Positions 38,417 to 47,653 of a stretch of DNA of 64,000 nucleotides are shown here, piece after piece. Made by a program: the position numbers and the translations under genes. The notes beneath the pieces are model-generated. The model had not been told where the DNA came from, made no database searches, and worked only from the letters and a program-made list of their open reading frames with translations. The stretch is from a virus (lineage: Duplodnaviria; Caudoviricetes). The stretch lies in the IMG/VR virus record IMGVR_UViG_3300029705_000009; one strand, written 5' to 3'. Every line of letters begins with the position of its first letter. Within the stretch, counting starts at the first letter, position 1.

Positions 38417-38743
38417 ATGTTAAACGTAAAACCAAAATATTTATTAATCACAGCATATTTGCTCAATATTTTTGATGCAATTGTCAGCGTATTTCTATTT
38501 AAAACAATTGGCGTTGAAATAGAACTCAATCCATGGGGAATTTATTTATATAACAATGGAATTTTATGTTTATATAAAATGAGTGTGACGGCAATTGCTA
38601 TGTTGATAATTAATAAATTTGTTAAAAAATACCCAAAATTAATTTGGGCTTGCTGGGTTGTGTTTGTTGTATATGCAGTGTTAACAGTTTGGCATGTTTG
38701 GGGTGTAACAGCATTATGGTCTGCTGGTGCATTTAGAAATTAA
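38417..38743 (+). CDS. DUF5658-like membrane protein
   Basis: LNIFDA..ELNP; TM helices. Confidence 0.6.
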   Translation: MLNVKPKYLLITAYLLNIFDAIVSVFLFKTIGVEIELNPWGIYLYNNGILCLYKMSVTAIAMLIINKFVKKYPKLIWACWVVFVVYAVLTVWHVWGVTALWSAGAFRN

Positions 38744-38771
38744 GTATAAGAACAAAATGAAGGGATAAACA

Positions 38772-39065
38772 ATGAGTAAATCAATATTAGTACTAGACAC
38801 ACCGGAATCCTGCAGAAAATGCAAATTAAGGTATGATTCTTATGGACAATGTGAAGTTTGTATTTTAGCAGATGATGTAGTTGATGAATTTTATGAAACA
38901 AATACAAAACCAGACTGGTGTCCTCTCTCACCGCTACCAAGTTTATCTCACTCACAGTTATTGAAGCCAGATAAAGAAGCCATAGAAAAAAGAGATACTT
39001 TAGAGGAAGGTAAAACAGATTTTACTGATGCTTTTAATCAAATTTTCGGAGGAATATTTAAATAG
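38772..39065 (+). CDS. Cys-rich phage protein
   Basis: MSKSILVLDTPESCRKC..PDWCPLSPLP. Confidence 0.7.
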   Translation: MSKSILVLDTPESCRKCKLRYDSYGQCEVCILADDVVDEFYETNTKPDWCPLSPLPSLSHSQLLKPDKEAIEKRDTLEEGKTDFTDAFNQIFGGIFK

Positions 39066-39067
39066 GT

Positions 39068-39469
39068 ATGAACAGAGAAATACTTTTTAAAGGAAAAAGA
39101 CTTGATAACGGTCAGTGGGTAGAAGGAAATTATGGGTTTTTCAAATCTGTAAACGGAAACGAAAAAATGCATCATATCACAACAGAAGACGGTAAGGCTA
39201 TTAGAATCGACTCTTCTACCCTCTGCCAGTTCACCGGCATGACAGATAAGAATGGAACAAAGATCTGGGAGCATGACATCATTACTTTAAACGAAGATGT
39301 CAAGAAGACTTTTGATGTAGATGATGGAGAAGTCAGATATGGGTGGGGCGGATTTTATATTAAAGAATTCTCAACACTTAATAGTTTAAATACTCTTGCA
39401 TCTTATGATTGTATACTTCGTGGCGAAGTAATCGGAAACGTATTTGATAATCCGGAGTTATTAACTTAG
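39068..39469 (+). CDS. YopX family protein
   Basis: REILFKGKR..CQFTGMTDKNG..EVIGNVFDNPELL. Confidence 0.9.
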   Translation: MNREILFKGKRLDNGQWVEGNYGFFKSVNGNEKMHHITTEDGKAIRIDSSTLCQFTGMTDKNGTKIWEHDIITLNEDVKKTFDVDDGEVRYGWGGFYIKEFSTLNSLNTLASYDCILRGEVIGNVFDNPELLT

Positions 39470-39481
39470 GAGGGTAAAAGC

Positions 39482-39736
39482 ATGAGCAATATTCAAACCG
39501 GCCAAGTAAACAATTTTGGTCAAGTAAACAATATTAATAACTCTGTTGTTTCATCAAATACCAGCATTGTTGTTGTAGGGAACGAAGTTACAATAGACGG
39601 CGTAAAAATACCACCCTGTCCTGGCAAAGGACATAGCTCAACCATTATTAATAATAAGGTGTATTTAAATGGCTATGAACTGATCAATGGAAAATGGAAA
39701 AAGACATTAAGAGCCTTATGGCACAAATGGTTCTAA
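39482..39736 (+). CDS. hypothetical protein
   Basis: ORF with RBS. Confidence 0.65.
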   Translation: MSNIQTGQVNNFGQVNNINNSVVSSNTSIVVVGNEVTIDGVKIPPCPGKGHSSTIINNKVYLNGYELINGKWKKTLRALWHKWF

Positions 39737-39764
39737 CTATAAAATTAGCATTTAGGAGATAAAT

Positions 39765-40001
39765 ATGATTCACTATTCCTGTGACTTATGCGGAAAAGAA
39801 TGTAACGACAAAACATTCACATTACCAATAGCAGCTACTTTTATTGATGGAGAGCCTTGTGATCTAATGCCAATTAATATGAATTTATGTAAAAAATGTA
39901 GAAGCGAAATTTATAAGGTAATAGAAAAGAAACTTTCAAAAGAAAAACTTAAGAAACTAAATACTTTAGCTCTTGATATAAAGATGAAAAAAATATTTTA
40001 A
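39765..40001 (+). CDS. Zn-finger protein
   Basis: CDLCG..LCKKC. Confidence 0.65.
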   Translation: MIHYSCDLCGKECNDKTFTLPIAATFIDGEPCDLMPINMNLCKKCRSEIYKVIEKKLSKEKLKKLNTLALDIKMKKIF

Positions 40002-40013
40002 GGAGGAGACACA

Positions 40014-40322
40014 ATGAACAAACACGCTTATTGGGCATGGGCAATAACAAACACTTTATGTATAACATCTTGGATTGCCCTAGCTATGGCATTTGACAAA
40101 TGGTGGATTGCTCTTTTCGCATTACTATTTGTTAGTGATTTAAGAACACCTACCCAGTGCTACTTCAGAGTATGTGACACCTGCGGAGAACATAGTCCAT
40201 GTGCAGAAACACCTGAAGAAGCATTAAAGAAAGCAAAAGAAGCTGGATGGACTCATTACGACGGAGCTAATACAGATTATTGTCCGAAATGCAAAAATAA
40301 ATGCGAAAAGGAAACATTATGA
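40014..40322 (+). CDS. membrane protein with Zn ribbon
   Basis: TM segments plus CDTC..CPKC. Confidence 0.65.
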   Translation: MNKHAYWAWAITNTLCITSWIALAMAFDKWWIALFALLFVSDLRTPTQCYFRVCDTCGEHSPCAETPEEALKKAKEAGWTHYDGANTDYCPKCKNKCEKETL

Positions 40323-40603
40323 GTATAAAGAAACGTTATGAAACAGTAACTCACGAAGTTACGGAAGCAGTATTAGTTGAAGAAACAATGTATTGTGATG
40401 TTTGCAATAAAGTAATTCAAGACAAAGATGTTTATTGGGAAGTTACTACCGGTCATAACGATTGGGGTAATGATAGCATTGATAGTATGGAATGTTTTGA
40501 TGTATGTTCAGAAACTTGCTTAACGAATAAGTTCAGTGAATACATAAAAGAAAGTAGAAAAAATAAATGGAATACAATGTACTTTGATGTACGAAGAGCA
40601 TAA
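40319..40603 (+). CDS. Zn-binding hypothetical protein
   Basis: CDVC..CSETC. Confidence 0.65.
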   Translation: MSIKKRYETVTHEVTEAVLVEETMYCDVCNKVIQDKDVYWEVTTGHNDWGNDSIDSMECFDVCSETCLTNKFSEYIKESRKNKWNTMYFDVRRA

Positions 40604-40612
40604 GGAGACAAT

Positions 40613-41134
40613 ATGAATACAACATATCACAAAAAAGAAATAGAAATTGCCGGAGAGAAAATCACAGCAGAATATTTTGAGAGCGGCCTCAATTTCTCTC
40701 CTACTAAACGCAGCAAACTCTCAGAATTATGGGACACCATTACTCTCCCATTCTACAGACTCAGATGGAAAATCAGAGATATTCGTAGAAAAATTCGTTA
40801 CGGAATTCAAAGAATGCAGAAAGATTATGATGACACAGATATCTTTGCACCGTGCGACAAATTTATTGAACGCTATACAAAAATCCTAAAGGAATTCAAG
40901 GAAAACCTTAATAGTCATCCTTGTCATATGACAAGTGAAGAATGGATCGCAATCATTGATCAGATGCTCTTCCACTTGTACTACATGGACGAGAATAACG
41001 TAGATAAGGAACTTAGTAAAGATGTGCCGGAATCATGGATTCCCTGCGGTAAAGCTTCCGATCAGATTATGCTGAAGCACAAAGATGAATTCTTCAAGCT
41101 GTTTTCGGAACACTTTTATGATTTATGGGATTGA
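40613..41134 (+). CDS. conserved phage hypothetical protein
   Basis: Ends LFSEHFYDLWD. Confidence 0.7.
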   Translation: MNTTYHKKEIEIAGEKITAEYFESGLNFSPTKRSKLSELWDTITLPFYRLRWKIRDIRRKIRYGIQRMQKDYDDTDIFAPCDKFIERYTKILKEFKENLNSHPCHMTSEEWIAIIDQMLFHLYYMDENNVDKELSKDVPESWIPCGKASDQIMLKHKDEFFKLFSEHFYDLWD

Positions 41135-41144
41135 TTTAGGAGAT

Positions 41145-41420
41145 ATGGGTATGAAATATAAAGCCACAGATGCAACTACAAATGAATACAAAACTGCTTA
41201 TAGAAACATAGATGATTATGTTAAAGAAATGAGAGAATCAACACCAGAAGAAAGAAAAAGTATTCAAGAATATATAGACAAGATATCTGTTCCAACAGGA
41301 GTTAATTTCTATGATTTTATTGGTGTAGAATCTTCGCCATGTGATAACTGCACAAATAATCCTAAGAATGGAGGCAGTGGAATTTGTCATTGTACATTGG
41401 GAGCACCAGTGATTTATTAG
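41145..41420 (+). CDS. hypothetical protein
   Basis: PCDNCTNNPKNGGSGICHC. Confidence 0.65.
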   Translation: MGMKYKATDATTNEYKTAYRNIDDYVKEMRESTPEERKSIQEYIDKISVPTGVNFYDFIGVESSPCDNCTNNPKNGGSGICHCTLGAPVIY

Positions 41421-41452
41421 GTAATAAAAATAAAATTTGCGAGGTAGTAGCT

Positions 41453-41827
41453 ATGGATGATTATAATAAAAATCTTGAATACATTGAATCATTGAAAACA
41501 TTTATGGGTGGGAATAATGAAGATGTTCCGCTACATGGCGTGACTTTAGATGACATGAAGCATATTGTAGAAAGATGCAGAGAGTTTAATCTTCCACAAC
41601 CAGAGATCTTTCCGTGGGTTGGTGGTAATGGTGTTCAAGCTGAATGGGAATATGATTGGTATTTAGAAATTGATAGCTGCGACAAAGGAATAAGTGTTTT
41701 GTTTGTAAAAGGCAAAGACTATGACAATGCCATAAGTTGTAGATTATATGATATTGAGGATGCTTTTATGATGGTAAAAACATTTATTAATAATGTTGTA
41801 GATATTAAAGGCACAAGAAAAGAATAA
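41453..41827 (+). CDS. hypothetical protein
   Basis: GAGG RBS. Confidence 0.65.
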   Translation: MDDYNKNLEYIESLKTFMGGNNEDVPLHGVTLDDMKHIVERCREFNLPQPEIFPWVGGNGVQAEWEYDWYLEIDSCDKGISVLFVKGKDYDNAISCRLYDIEDAFMMVKTFINNVVDIKGTRKE

Positions 41828-41845
41828 GATTTTAAGAGGAAAAAC

Positions 41846-42058
41846 ATGATTTTATTAAAAGTAATTGGAATAGCGATATTTTCAAGTTTGGTAGTTGCAT
41901 TGTCGGTAATTATATTTCCTGATTTTGTTTATAATCATATAAAAAATAAAAAGGTAGAAAATTTTTTAGAACATGATTTGGTCAAGGCATATTGGATATT
42001 GCTGACTATAGTTGTTGATACATTATTAATACTGGGATTTATTAATCTTATTTGTTAA
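41846..42058 (+). CDS. membrane protein
   Basis: Two TM segments. Confidence 0.65.
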   Translation: MILLKVIGIAIFSSLVVALSVIIFPDFVYNHIKNKKVENFLEHDLVKAYWILLTIVVDTLLILGFINLIC

Positions 42059-42070
42059 CTAGGAGGCAAT

Positions 42071-42349
42071 ATGTTAATTAGAAGCCAAGATAGAAAGAAA
42101 ATTTACAATACTGATACAATGAGCAGTATTTGGATTAATCGAAATTGTATTTACATATCAGCATGTGGAGATGATACAGATTTGCTTGGATCATACTCCA
42201 CAGAAGAAAAAGCACTCAAAGTATTAGACATGATCGAAGAAAGAACCAACGAACCTATTTACATTAATGATGAAGGCGGCGGCGAATATGCGAAGTACTT
42301 CCACTCTTCTTTCCATATGCCGCAGGATGATGAGGTGGAATTAAAATGA
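42071..42349 (+). CDS. conserved phage hypothetical protein
   Basis: MLIRSQD..LGSYSTEEKALKVLDMI. Confidence 0.7.
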   Translation: MLIRSQDRKKIYNTDTMSSIWINRNCIYISACGDDTDLLGSYSTEEKALKVLDMIEERTNEPIYINDEGGGEYAKYFHSSFHMPQDDEVELK

Positions 42350-42648
42350 CAATGAAGCAGACAAGAGAACAATTTTTGTTAGCTTTAAATTCTAATGCTT
42401 ATATTGGCATGTGTACTACAGAAGACATGAAAAATGTTATCAAAGCATTAGACAAACAGATTCCAAAGAAACCGAAAGTTCAAGTAAGAGGAGTTTATAA
42501 TGATGATTCGGGCGACTGGGTGTGTGATGAAGAATGGTATATGTGTCCATCTTGCCAGATGCGGAATGAAGTATATCCAACATGGAAATTATGTCATCAT
42601 TGTGGGCAGATGTTAGACTGGCTTGAAATGAGAACATTAAAATATTGA
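42346..42648 (+). CDS. Zn-ribbon phage protein
   Basis: ALDKQIPKKP..CPSC..CHHCGQ. Confidence 0.7.
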   Translation: MTMKQTREQFLLALNSNAYIGMCTTEDMKNVIKALDKQIPKKPKVQVRGVYNDDSGDWVCDEEWYMCPSCQMRNEVYPTWKLCHHCGQMLDWLEMRTLKY

Positions 42649-42659
42649 GAGGATAAAAA

Positions 42660-42893
42660 ATGAGTATTTTTACATTTTTGATGACTATTATTATAAGCAC
42701 TGGTGTAACGGCAATATTGGGTGATATGACAAAATCTGAAGGATTGGAATTTCTTAATCCAATATGGTTGTACGAAAAATATAAAGTCAATTGGTTTGGA
42801 GCCGGATTTCTTGGCATTTTACTTACTATATTAACACTGCCATATTCGATTTTCTATTGGATCTATAAACTTTGTACAGTCGGAAGAAAATAA
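42660..42893 (+). CDS. membrane protein
   Basis: Two TM segments. Confidence 0.65.
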   Translation: MSIFTFLMTIIISTGVTAILGDMTKSEGLEFLNPIWLYEKYKVNWFGAGFLGILLTILTLPYSIFYWIYKLCTVGRK

Positions 42894-42914
42894 TATGTTT
42901 TAAGAGGTGTGGTA

Positions 42915-43070
42915 ATGAATAAATGTGACTTTTGTACAAAATCATCTCCAGATGGAAAATGTTATTGGGTTTCACAAGGAAGCCGTGAAGATGATTGTGA
43001 AAAAGCCATTCAGAGAATGATTGAAGTTTTGAAAAATATAGGTTGTAATCAAATGAAATTTAAGGAGTAA
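42915..43070 (+). CDS. 51-aa Cys-rich ORF (not in track)
   Basis: MNKCDFC..*; GAGGTG RBS. Confidence 0.55.
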   Translation: MNKCDFCTKSSPDGKCYWVSQGSREDDCEKAIQRMIEVLKNIGCNQMKFKE

Positions 43071-43073
43071 AGT

Positions 43074-43358
43074 ATGAAACCAGTATATAAATGTGACTAC
43101 TGTTCTAAGATGGGAACAGAGGAAGAAATTAGAGAACACGAGCTTACCTGTATGGATAACTATGATAGAAAAAGTTGTTATACTTGCCAACATAGGGGCA
43201 AGATAAATATGGTAAACAAGCTTGTAAAATATGAGTGTGCTAAAGAAATTGATATTCCGGAAGGAAAGATTTTTGAATTTTGCCAATCGTATGAAAGAAA
43301 AGACAAATCCAATGGTCTGTATGATGATCTTATGACTGGTCTTTTTGGAAGATTTTAA
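43074..43358 (+). CDS. Zn-finger protein
   Basis: CDYC..HELTC. Confidence 0.65.
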   Translation: MKPVYKCDYCSKMGTEEEIREHELTCMDNYDRKSCYTCQHRGKINMVNKLVKYECAKEIDIPEGKIFEFCQSYERKDKSNGLYDDLMTGLFGRF

Positions 43359-43368
43359 GAGGTGAGAT

Positions 43369-43629
43369 ATGGGTGTGGATATTTATGGTAAGCATTTTAT
43401 TTGCAAAAATCAAATGAAATTTGAAGATTTAAAGAACGGACAAGTATTTTGTTTTGTAGATGATATCTCTGAAGATTCTAGTGAGATTAAAATTTATATG
43501 CGTGGTGGTCATACAACCACAGATGGTACAGCTATGGATCTTGAAACTGGAATTATGTATTCATTTGATGAAAAAAGTTATGTAAAGATTTTAGACGTAA
43601 CACTTAATATTAGAAGCGTGATATGTTGA
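43369..43629 (+). CDS. hypothetical protein
   Basis: GAGGTG RBS. Confidence 0.65.
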   Translation: MGVDIYGKHFICKNQMKFEDLKNGQVFCFVDDISEDSSEIKIYMRGGHTTTDGTAMDLETGIMYSFDEKSYVKILDVTLNIRSVIC

Positions 43630-43654
43630 AAATAAAATTTTAAGAGGTAAACAT

Positions 43655-43984
43655 ATGGAAGATTTAATAAGAGAACTTGATTTGTTATTGAAGAAATATG
43701 GAATCTCGTTCAATGAAGCAATGAGAATTTATGAAAGAAATAAAATATGTACAAAACGATTAACTCAATGTTACGAGGATGATGAAAAAGTATGGCAGTA
43801 CTATGACAAAGAGAACAATCCTTGTGGATGTGGTAGCAATTGTTTTCACTTTGAATATGACAGAATTGACAATGTTATATATGGAGTATGCAATTGTTGT
43901 AATACAGATATTTATATAATTAAAGATGAGTATGTTGAAGAGAAATTACATACTGGAAAATGGTTGAGTGAATGCTACTTTTAA
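43655..43984 (+). CDS. hypothetical protein
   Basis: ORF with RBS. Confidence 0.65.
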   Translation: MEDLIRELDLLLKKYGISFNEAMRIYERNKICTKRLTQCYEDDEKVWQYYDKENNPCGCGSNCFHFEYDRIDNVIYGVCNCCNTDIYIIKDEYVEEKLHTGKWLSECYF

Positions 43985-43997
43985 GAGGTTGATTGTT

Positions 43998-44207
43998 ATG
44001 AAAGTTGAAGACTTAATTGTATCAGCAGAAGAAGTTGCTACTGGTAAAAGATTAATTGGATATGTATGTGGTTGTAAATCATGTCAGACAGCATGGGAAA
44101 GCGAAAAGTACGATAAGACAAGACCTCTTGGATTATTGACTTCTCCAGATGGTCAGTTTGGAAATGTAAGAGTGTATACGGATAATATGGAGTTTGTGAA
44201 CAGATAA
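43998..44207 (+). CDS. hypothetical protein
   Basis: ORF with RBS. Confidence 0.6.
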   Translation: MKVEDLIVSAEEVATGKRLIGYVCGCKSCQTAWESEKYDKTRPLGLLTSPDGQFGNVRVYTDNMEFVNR

Positions 44208-44230
44208 AACGTATTTTAAGAGGTGATTAT

Positions 44231-44449
44231 ATGGCAAAAGGCAAGCCAAGATGGTATCCGGACAAACCTCAAAACAAAAGGGGTGCATACTGTCCAAGAT
44301 ACGAAGAACATAAAAATGGAATTAGCTATTGTGAACAAGGTAATGCCAGAGATGCTTATGTGTGCAAAGGTAATCCACATAATTGTGTAAAAACAAAATA
44401 TCATAGGGCGGCAAGTAGAAGTAATAAACAGATAAACAATGATGTGTAA
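44231..44449 (+). CDS. Cys-rich basic protein
   Basis: ORF with RBS. Confidence 0.65.
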   Translation: MAKGKPRWYPDKPQNKRGAYCPRYEEHKNGISYCEQGNARDAYVCKGNPHNCVKTKYHRAASRSNKQINNDV

Positions 44450-44474
44450 AAATAAACTTTTAAGAGGTAATAAA

Positions 44475-44603
44475 ATGATCATTATCAAACCGATTGTTAG
44501 TATTATATTGTTGATTCCATATATTTTATTCTTTGGTGCGTTTAGTTTGGGTGTTGATTTCCCAGATAATACAAGTATTTATTACAATGGTTGGCTTATA
44601 TAA
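44475..44603 (+). CDS. 42-aa membrane peptide (not in track)
   Basis: MIIIKPIVSIILLIPYILFFGAFSLG..*. Confidence 0.5.
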   Translation: MIIIKPIVSIILLIPYILFFGAFSLGVDFPDNTSIYYNGWLI

Positions 44604-44631
44604 CATAAAAATTAAATTTAAGAGGTAATAA

Positions 44632-45033
44632 ATGGGTAGATATATTGAAATAGATGGTCGCAGCTACTACTCTCCTTGCAGTGATTGTAAAGATAGATGG
44701 TGTTATTCATGTGTGATCAATAAATATAAAGAGGATTTGGAATCAGAACGAGATAAACGCGGCCATGCTGAATGGCGTATTGAACAAGAACTTGAACCTC
44801 GTATCAAAGCAGAGAAAGCCAGTTATGATAGATGGGTATCTACAGATACCGGTGCCGAAGCATGCTACTGCTTCTCTTCTTTACTTGATGAACTGATTGA
44901 TTTTGTTGAAAATCCAGATAATGAAAAATATATGGACTGGGAAGATGCAGCTGGTGACTTGGAGCAGAAAATTCTTTATCTGATTAAGAATAAAGTTGAT
45001 GATGACTTGTATTGTATAGCAGATAAGAGTTAG
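44632..45033 (+). CDS. hypothetical protein
   Basis: ORF with RBS. Confidence 0.7.
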   Translation: MGRYIEIDGRSYYSPCSDCKDRWCYSCVINKYKEDLESERDKRGHAEWRIEQELEPRIKAEKASYDRWVSTDTGAEACYCFSSLLDELIDFVENPDNEKYMDWEDAAGDLEQKILYLIKNKVDDDLYCIADKS

Positions 45034-45046
45034 GAGGTGGATATAT

Positions 45047-45322
45047 ATGGAATATAGAAGTGGCCAATTGTTGTATGTGTGCAAAACAGATAGCGATTTG
45101 AGAGATGGGCTTTTCGTTCTTTACAGAGATAAATATGAGGGAGATGTGGATTTGAGTTATCACGGAAGTCCTTGGTATGAAACCTTTATTGTTTGTGAAT
45201 ATCTCGATAGTCGTGACAGAGTTGAATTTGGTGATCAGACATGGTGTTGGCGTCCTGCTAATGAGTATATTAAGACTATGCAAAACAAATTAAGAGAGAT
45301 TAAGAATATAGCTAATATATAA
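45047..45322 (+). CDS. hypothetical protein
   Basis: ORF with RBS. Confidence 0.7.
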   Translation: MEYRSGQLLYVCKTDSDLRDGLFVLYRDKYEGDVDLSYHGSPWYETFIVCEYLDSRDRVEFGDQTWCWRPANEYIKTMQNKLREIKNIANI

Positions 45323-45347
45323 AATGCTAATTATATATGCCGAAAAA

Positions 45348-45441
45348 GGGTTAACAGTAGGCGCTATCCAAACCAGTAACCCTGCGACCATAAATGGGCA
45401 ACACCCAGTGCTGTAAGAGCATGTACGCTGTTAGGGATAGC
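45348..45441 (+). ncRNA. candidate pseudoknotted RNA
   Basis: GGGTTA/TAACCC interlocked with GCTATCC/GGATAGC; inner hairpins. Confidence 0.4.
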
Positions 45442-45471
45442 ATATGAAAACACACTTTCTGGAGGTGCTTT

Positions 45472-45630
45472 ATGAAAGACAAAGAAACAATAATGAAAGC
45501 TTTATCAGCGTGTAGTGAGTTTTATTGCTGTGAGTGTCCTTATCAGTATCTTGATGATAAAGAATATAGTTTGAGATGTATTCATACTCTTATTGAAGAT
45601 GTAAATGAAATGTTAAAAGAAAGCAAATAA
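45472..45630 (+). CDS. 52-aa Cys-rich ORF (not in track)
   Basis: MKDKETIMKALSAC..CECPY..*. Confidence 0.6.
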   Translation: MKDKETIMKALSACSEFYCCECPYQYLDDKEYSLRCIHTLIEDVNEMLKESK

Positions 45631-45643
45631 AAATAAATTATAA

Positions 45644-45850
45644 GTGATGGTGATTAATATAAAAATAAAGAAATTATTGTGTAGATTTGCAAATTGGATA
45701 TTAAGACAATGCGTAGAGCCTACAATAGCGTTTGAAGAAGATTTATATATCAATGGTAAAACTTATAAATTAGTTCAAGCAACCACAGAAATGTCACCTT
45801 ATTCTCATGTGACTATTCATTTTGAAGTTATTAGTGGCAAATACAAATAG
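45644..45850 (+). CDS. hypothetical protein
   Basis: Operonic ORF. Confidence 0.55.
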   Translation: MMVINIKIKKLLCRFANWILRQCVEPTIAFEEDLYINGKTYKLVQATTEMSPYSHVTIHFEVISGKYK

Positions 45851-45868
45851 AGTTTTAAGGGGTAAATT

Positions 45869-46033
45869 ATGAAATACAGATACGAATTTGAAGGAGACGA
45901 ATATATTGTCAAAGGTTTTTGTAGTGATTGTCCACTTAGTTATGTAGATTATGACGGATATGGTGGTCACGAAATTTGTTGTGTCTTACATGCAAGATAT
46001 GATGAATGCCCATTGGTAGAAGTAACAGATTAA
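45869..46033 (+). CDS. 54-aa Cys-rich ORF flanked by AAATAGAGTTTT repeats
   Basis: MKYRYEFEGDE..CSDCPL..ECPLVEVTD*. Confidence 0.6.
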   Translation: MKYRYEFEGDEYIVKGFCSDCPLSYVDYDGYGGHEICCVLHARYDECPLVEVTD

Positions 46034-46049
46034 AAATAGAGTTTTTAAG

Positions 46050-46244
46050 GTGGGGTTAAAAATGCATATTTCAAGCAATAAACATATTGGATCTTACGCT
46101 GGTGGTACATACGAATATCTTGAAATCAAAGAATATAAAGAATGTTGCTGCTGTAGGCACTTTTCTGATAATTGGCATGAAGAACGCTTTGAGTGTTTGA
46201 ATGTTAATAGAAAAGACGATGGCGATTGTTATGAAGATTTTTAA
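46050..46244 (+). CDS. hypothetical protein
   Basis: Operonic ORF. Confidence 0.55.
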   Translation: MGLKMHISSNKHIGSYAGGTYEYLEIKEYKECCCCRHFSDNWHEERFECLNVNRKDDGDCYEDF

Positions 46245-46255
46245 GAGGTGATATT

Positions 46256-46498
46256 GTGGATGTATTAGGTAGAAAAATTGTATTAACACGCAAACCACAT
46301 ATATGTTTTGGGTGTGGTAGAGAATTTTCAAAGGGTACAAATATGGAGAGGTCTTGTGTTGTTGATGGTGGAGATATGTGGACTTGTTATCTGTGTCCGA
46401 CATGTATTGATATCGTTAGTGCAATGAGATATGATGACGAATTTGGTTACGGAGATTTAAGAGAAGAAGCATTAGAAAGAGAAAATAATAGCGAATAA
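46256..46498 (+). CDS. Zn-finger protein
   Basis: TRKPHICFGC..CPTC. Confidence 0.65.
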   Translation: MDVLGRKIVLTRKPHICFGCGREFSKGTNMERSCVVDGGDMWTCYLCPTCIDIVSAMRYDDEFGYGDLREEALERENNSE

Positions 46499-46521
46499 AA
46501 CAAACTTTTAAGAGGTGAAAA

Positions 46522-46770
46522 ATGGAAGTATCTAAGATTTATTCAATGATTTATGATAGTAAAAAATATGGCAACGATGGTTACGGTGATTACTTGGGCG
46601 AATTTAAAATAGTTAAGCAACTCAGAGAAGATGCTTATGTAGATGATTTCATTGGTGTTAATACTGAAACTGATGAAGTGTGTTTTGTGCTTTCAAGAGA
46701 GGTATGCGGATATGGTGGCGGTATTGCTTATCAGGTTATTCCCATTCCAGAGTTAACATTGAAGCAATAA
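46522..46770 (+). CDS. hypothetical protein
   Basis: ORF with RBS. Confidence 0.65.
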   Translation: MEVSKIYSMIYDSKKYGNDGYGDYLGEFKIVKQLREDAYVDDFIGVNTETDEVCFVLSREVCGYGGGIAYQVIPIPELTLKQ

Positions 46771-46799
46771 AAACAAAATTGTTAGTGGTGAGGTAAATT

Positions 46800-47006
46800 A
46801 TGAGTAGAGGTGTACTTAGAGACGGATCTAGCGTATATAAAGAAATAAGAGAAAAACGTGTTGAGGATGTAATAATTAGAGCATCTAATAAAGCAGGTAT
46901 TACTAAGAGCGATTTATCTGATGCCTTTAAAGAAAAAGGATTTTTAGGTGTTTACAATCTTGGCATGATGCATATGTATGAGTATTTGAAAGGGGAAAAA
47001 GTGTAA
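46800..47006 (+). CDS. hypothetical protein
   Basis: ORF with RBS. Confidence 0.65.
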   Translation: MSRGVLRDGSSVYKEIREKRVEDVIIRASNKAGITKSDLSDAFKEKGFLGVYNLGMMHMYEYLKGEKV

Positions 47007-47188
47007 TGAATATTATTGAAAAACACATAATTGGAGAACTTTATAACAACATACTAACCAAAGGAGAATATCCTAAATTTGGTTCACCGGAATGTAATTG
47101 TAATAAATGTATGTTTTACAATGTTACATGTCCTCCATCTCCACATCGTGCTGGATGTTTTCACGGATGGAAAAAAGAAGAAAGTTAA
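47006..47188 (+). CDS. Cys-rich small protein
   Basis: Operonic ORF. Confidence 0.55.
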   Translation: MNIIEKHIIGELYNNILTKGEYPKFGSPECNCNKCMFYNVTCPPSPHRAGCFHGWKKEES

Positions 47189-47198
47189 GAGGTTGAAA

Positions 47199-47468
47199 AT
47201 GCGAGAACCAATTTATAGTAAGCAAGGTGAAGAGTTAAAAAGCACTATTTCAAATTTAATTTCTAGCCATAACACTTTATGTTCTATTGAAGAAGCATTT
47301 CAGGAAAACAAATATGCCAAACAATATTTTGAAGATGCAAGGCAAAAAGTTTTAGAGTCTGGTAATCAAAGTTTGGCAGCTATGTATGCTATTGCAATAG
47401 AAAATATGTCTAAATTTATTGAAGACAGTCAAGAGGTGGATTATGAAGTGTCCGAATTGTGGCAGTAA
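47199..47468 (+). CDS. hypothetical protein
   Basis: GAGG RBS. Confidence 0.65.
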   Translation: MREPIYSKQGEELKSTISNLISSHNTLCSIEEAFQENKYAKQYFEDARQKVLESGNQSLAAMYAIAIENMSKFIEDSQEVDYEVSELWQ

Positions 47469-47643
47469 TAAAATATTTAATTGTATCAATAGTCTTGCAT
47501 ATGCTCGTCTAAGATATTTCGAATGTGTAGAATGTGGCCATCAAAGTAGAAAAATAAAGATTGAAAAATTTACATGTGTCAATCATAAATCTGAATGGGA
47601 AATTGAATTAGAAGAATTAGAAAAAGAATGGGAATGGAGTTAA
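47443..47643 (+). CDS. Zn-ribbon protein
   Basis: CPNCG..CVECG. Confidence 0.6.
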   Translation: MKCPNCGSNKIFNCINSLAYARLRYFECVECGHQSRKIKIEKFTCVNHKSEWEIELEELEKEWEWS

Positions 47644-47653
47644 GAGATAAAAT

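Larger units (their letters stand above)
43627..46510. repeat. series of 16-bp junction sites followed by RBS
   Basis: 43627 TGAAA-ATAAAA-TTTTA; 44204 ATAAA-ACGTAT-TTTAA; 44447 TAAAA-ATAAAC-TTTTA; 44606 TAAAA-ATTAAA-TTTAA; 45843 ACAAA-TAGAGT-TTTAA; 46032 AAAAA-TAGAGT-TTTTA; 46495 ATAAA-ACAAAC-TTTTA. Confidence 0.7.

Noticed and set aside
45348-45441. Canonical HDV-like ribozyme
   Set aside because: Only 7 nt separate P2 from P1', too short for P3-L3; kept as an unassigned pseudoknot.
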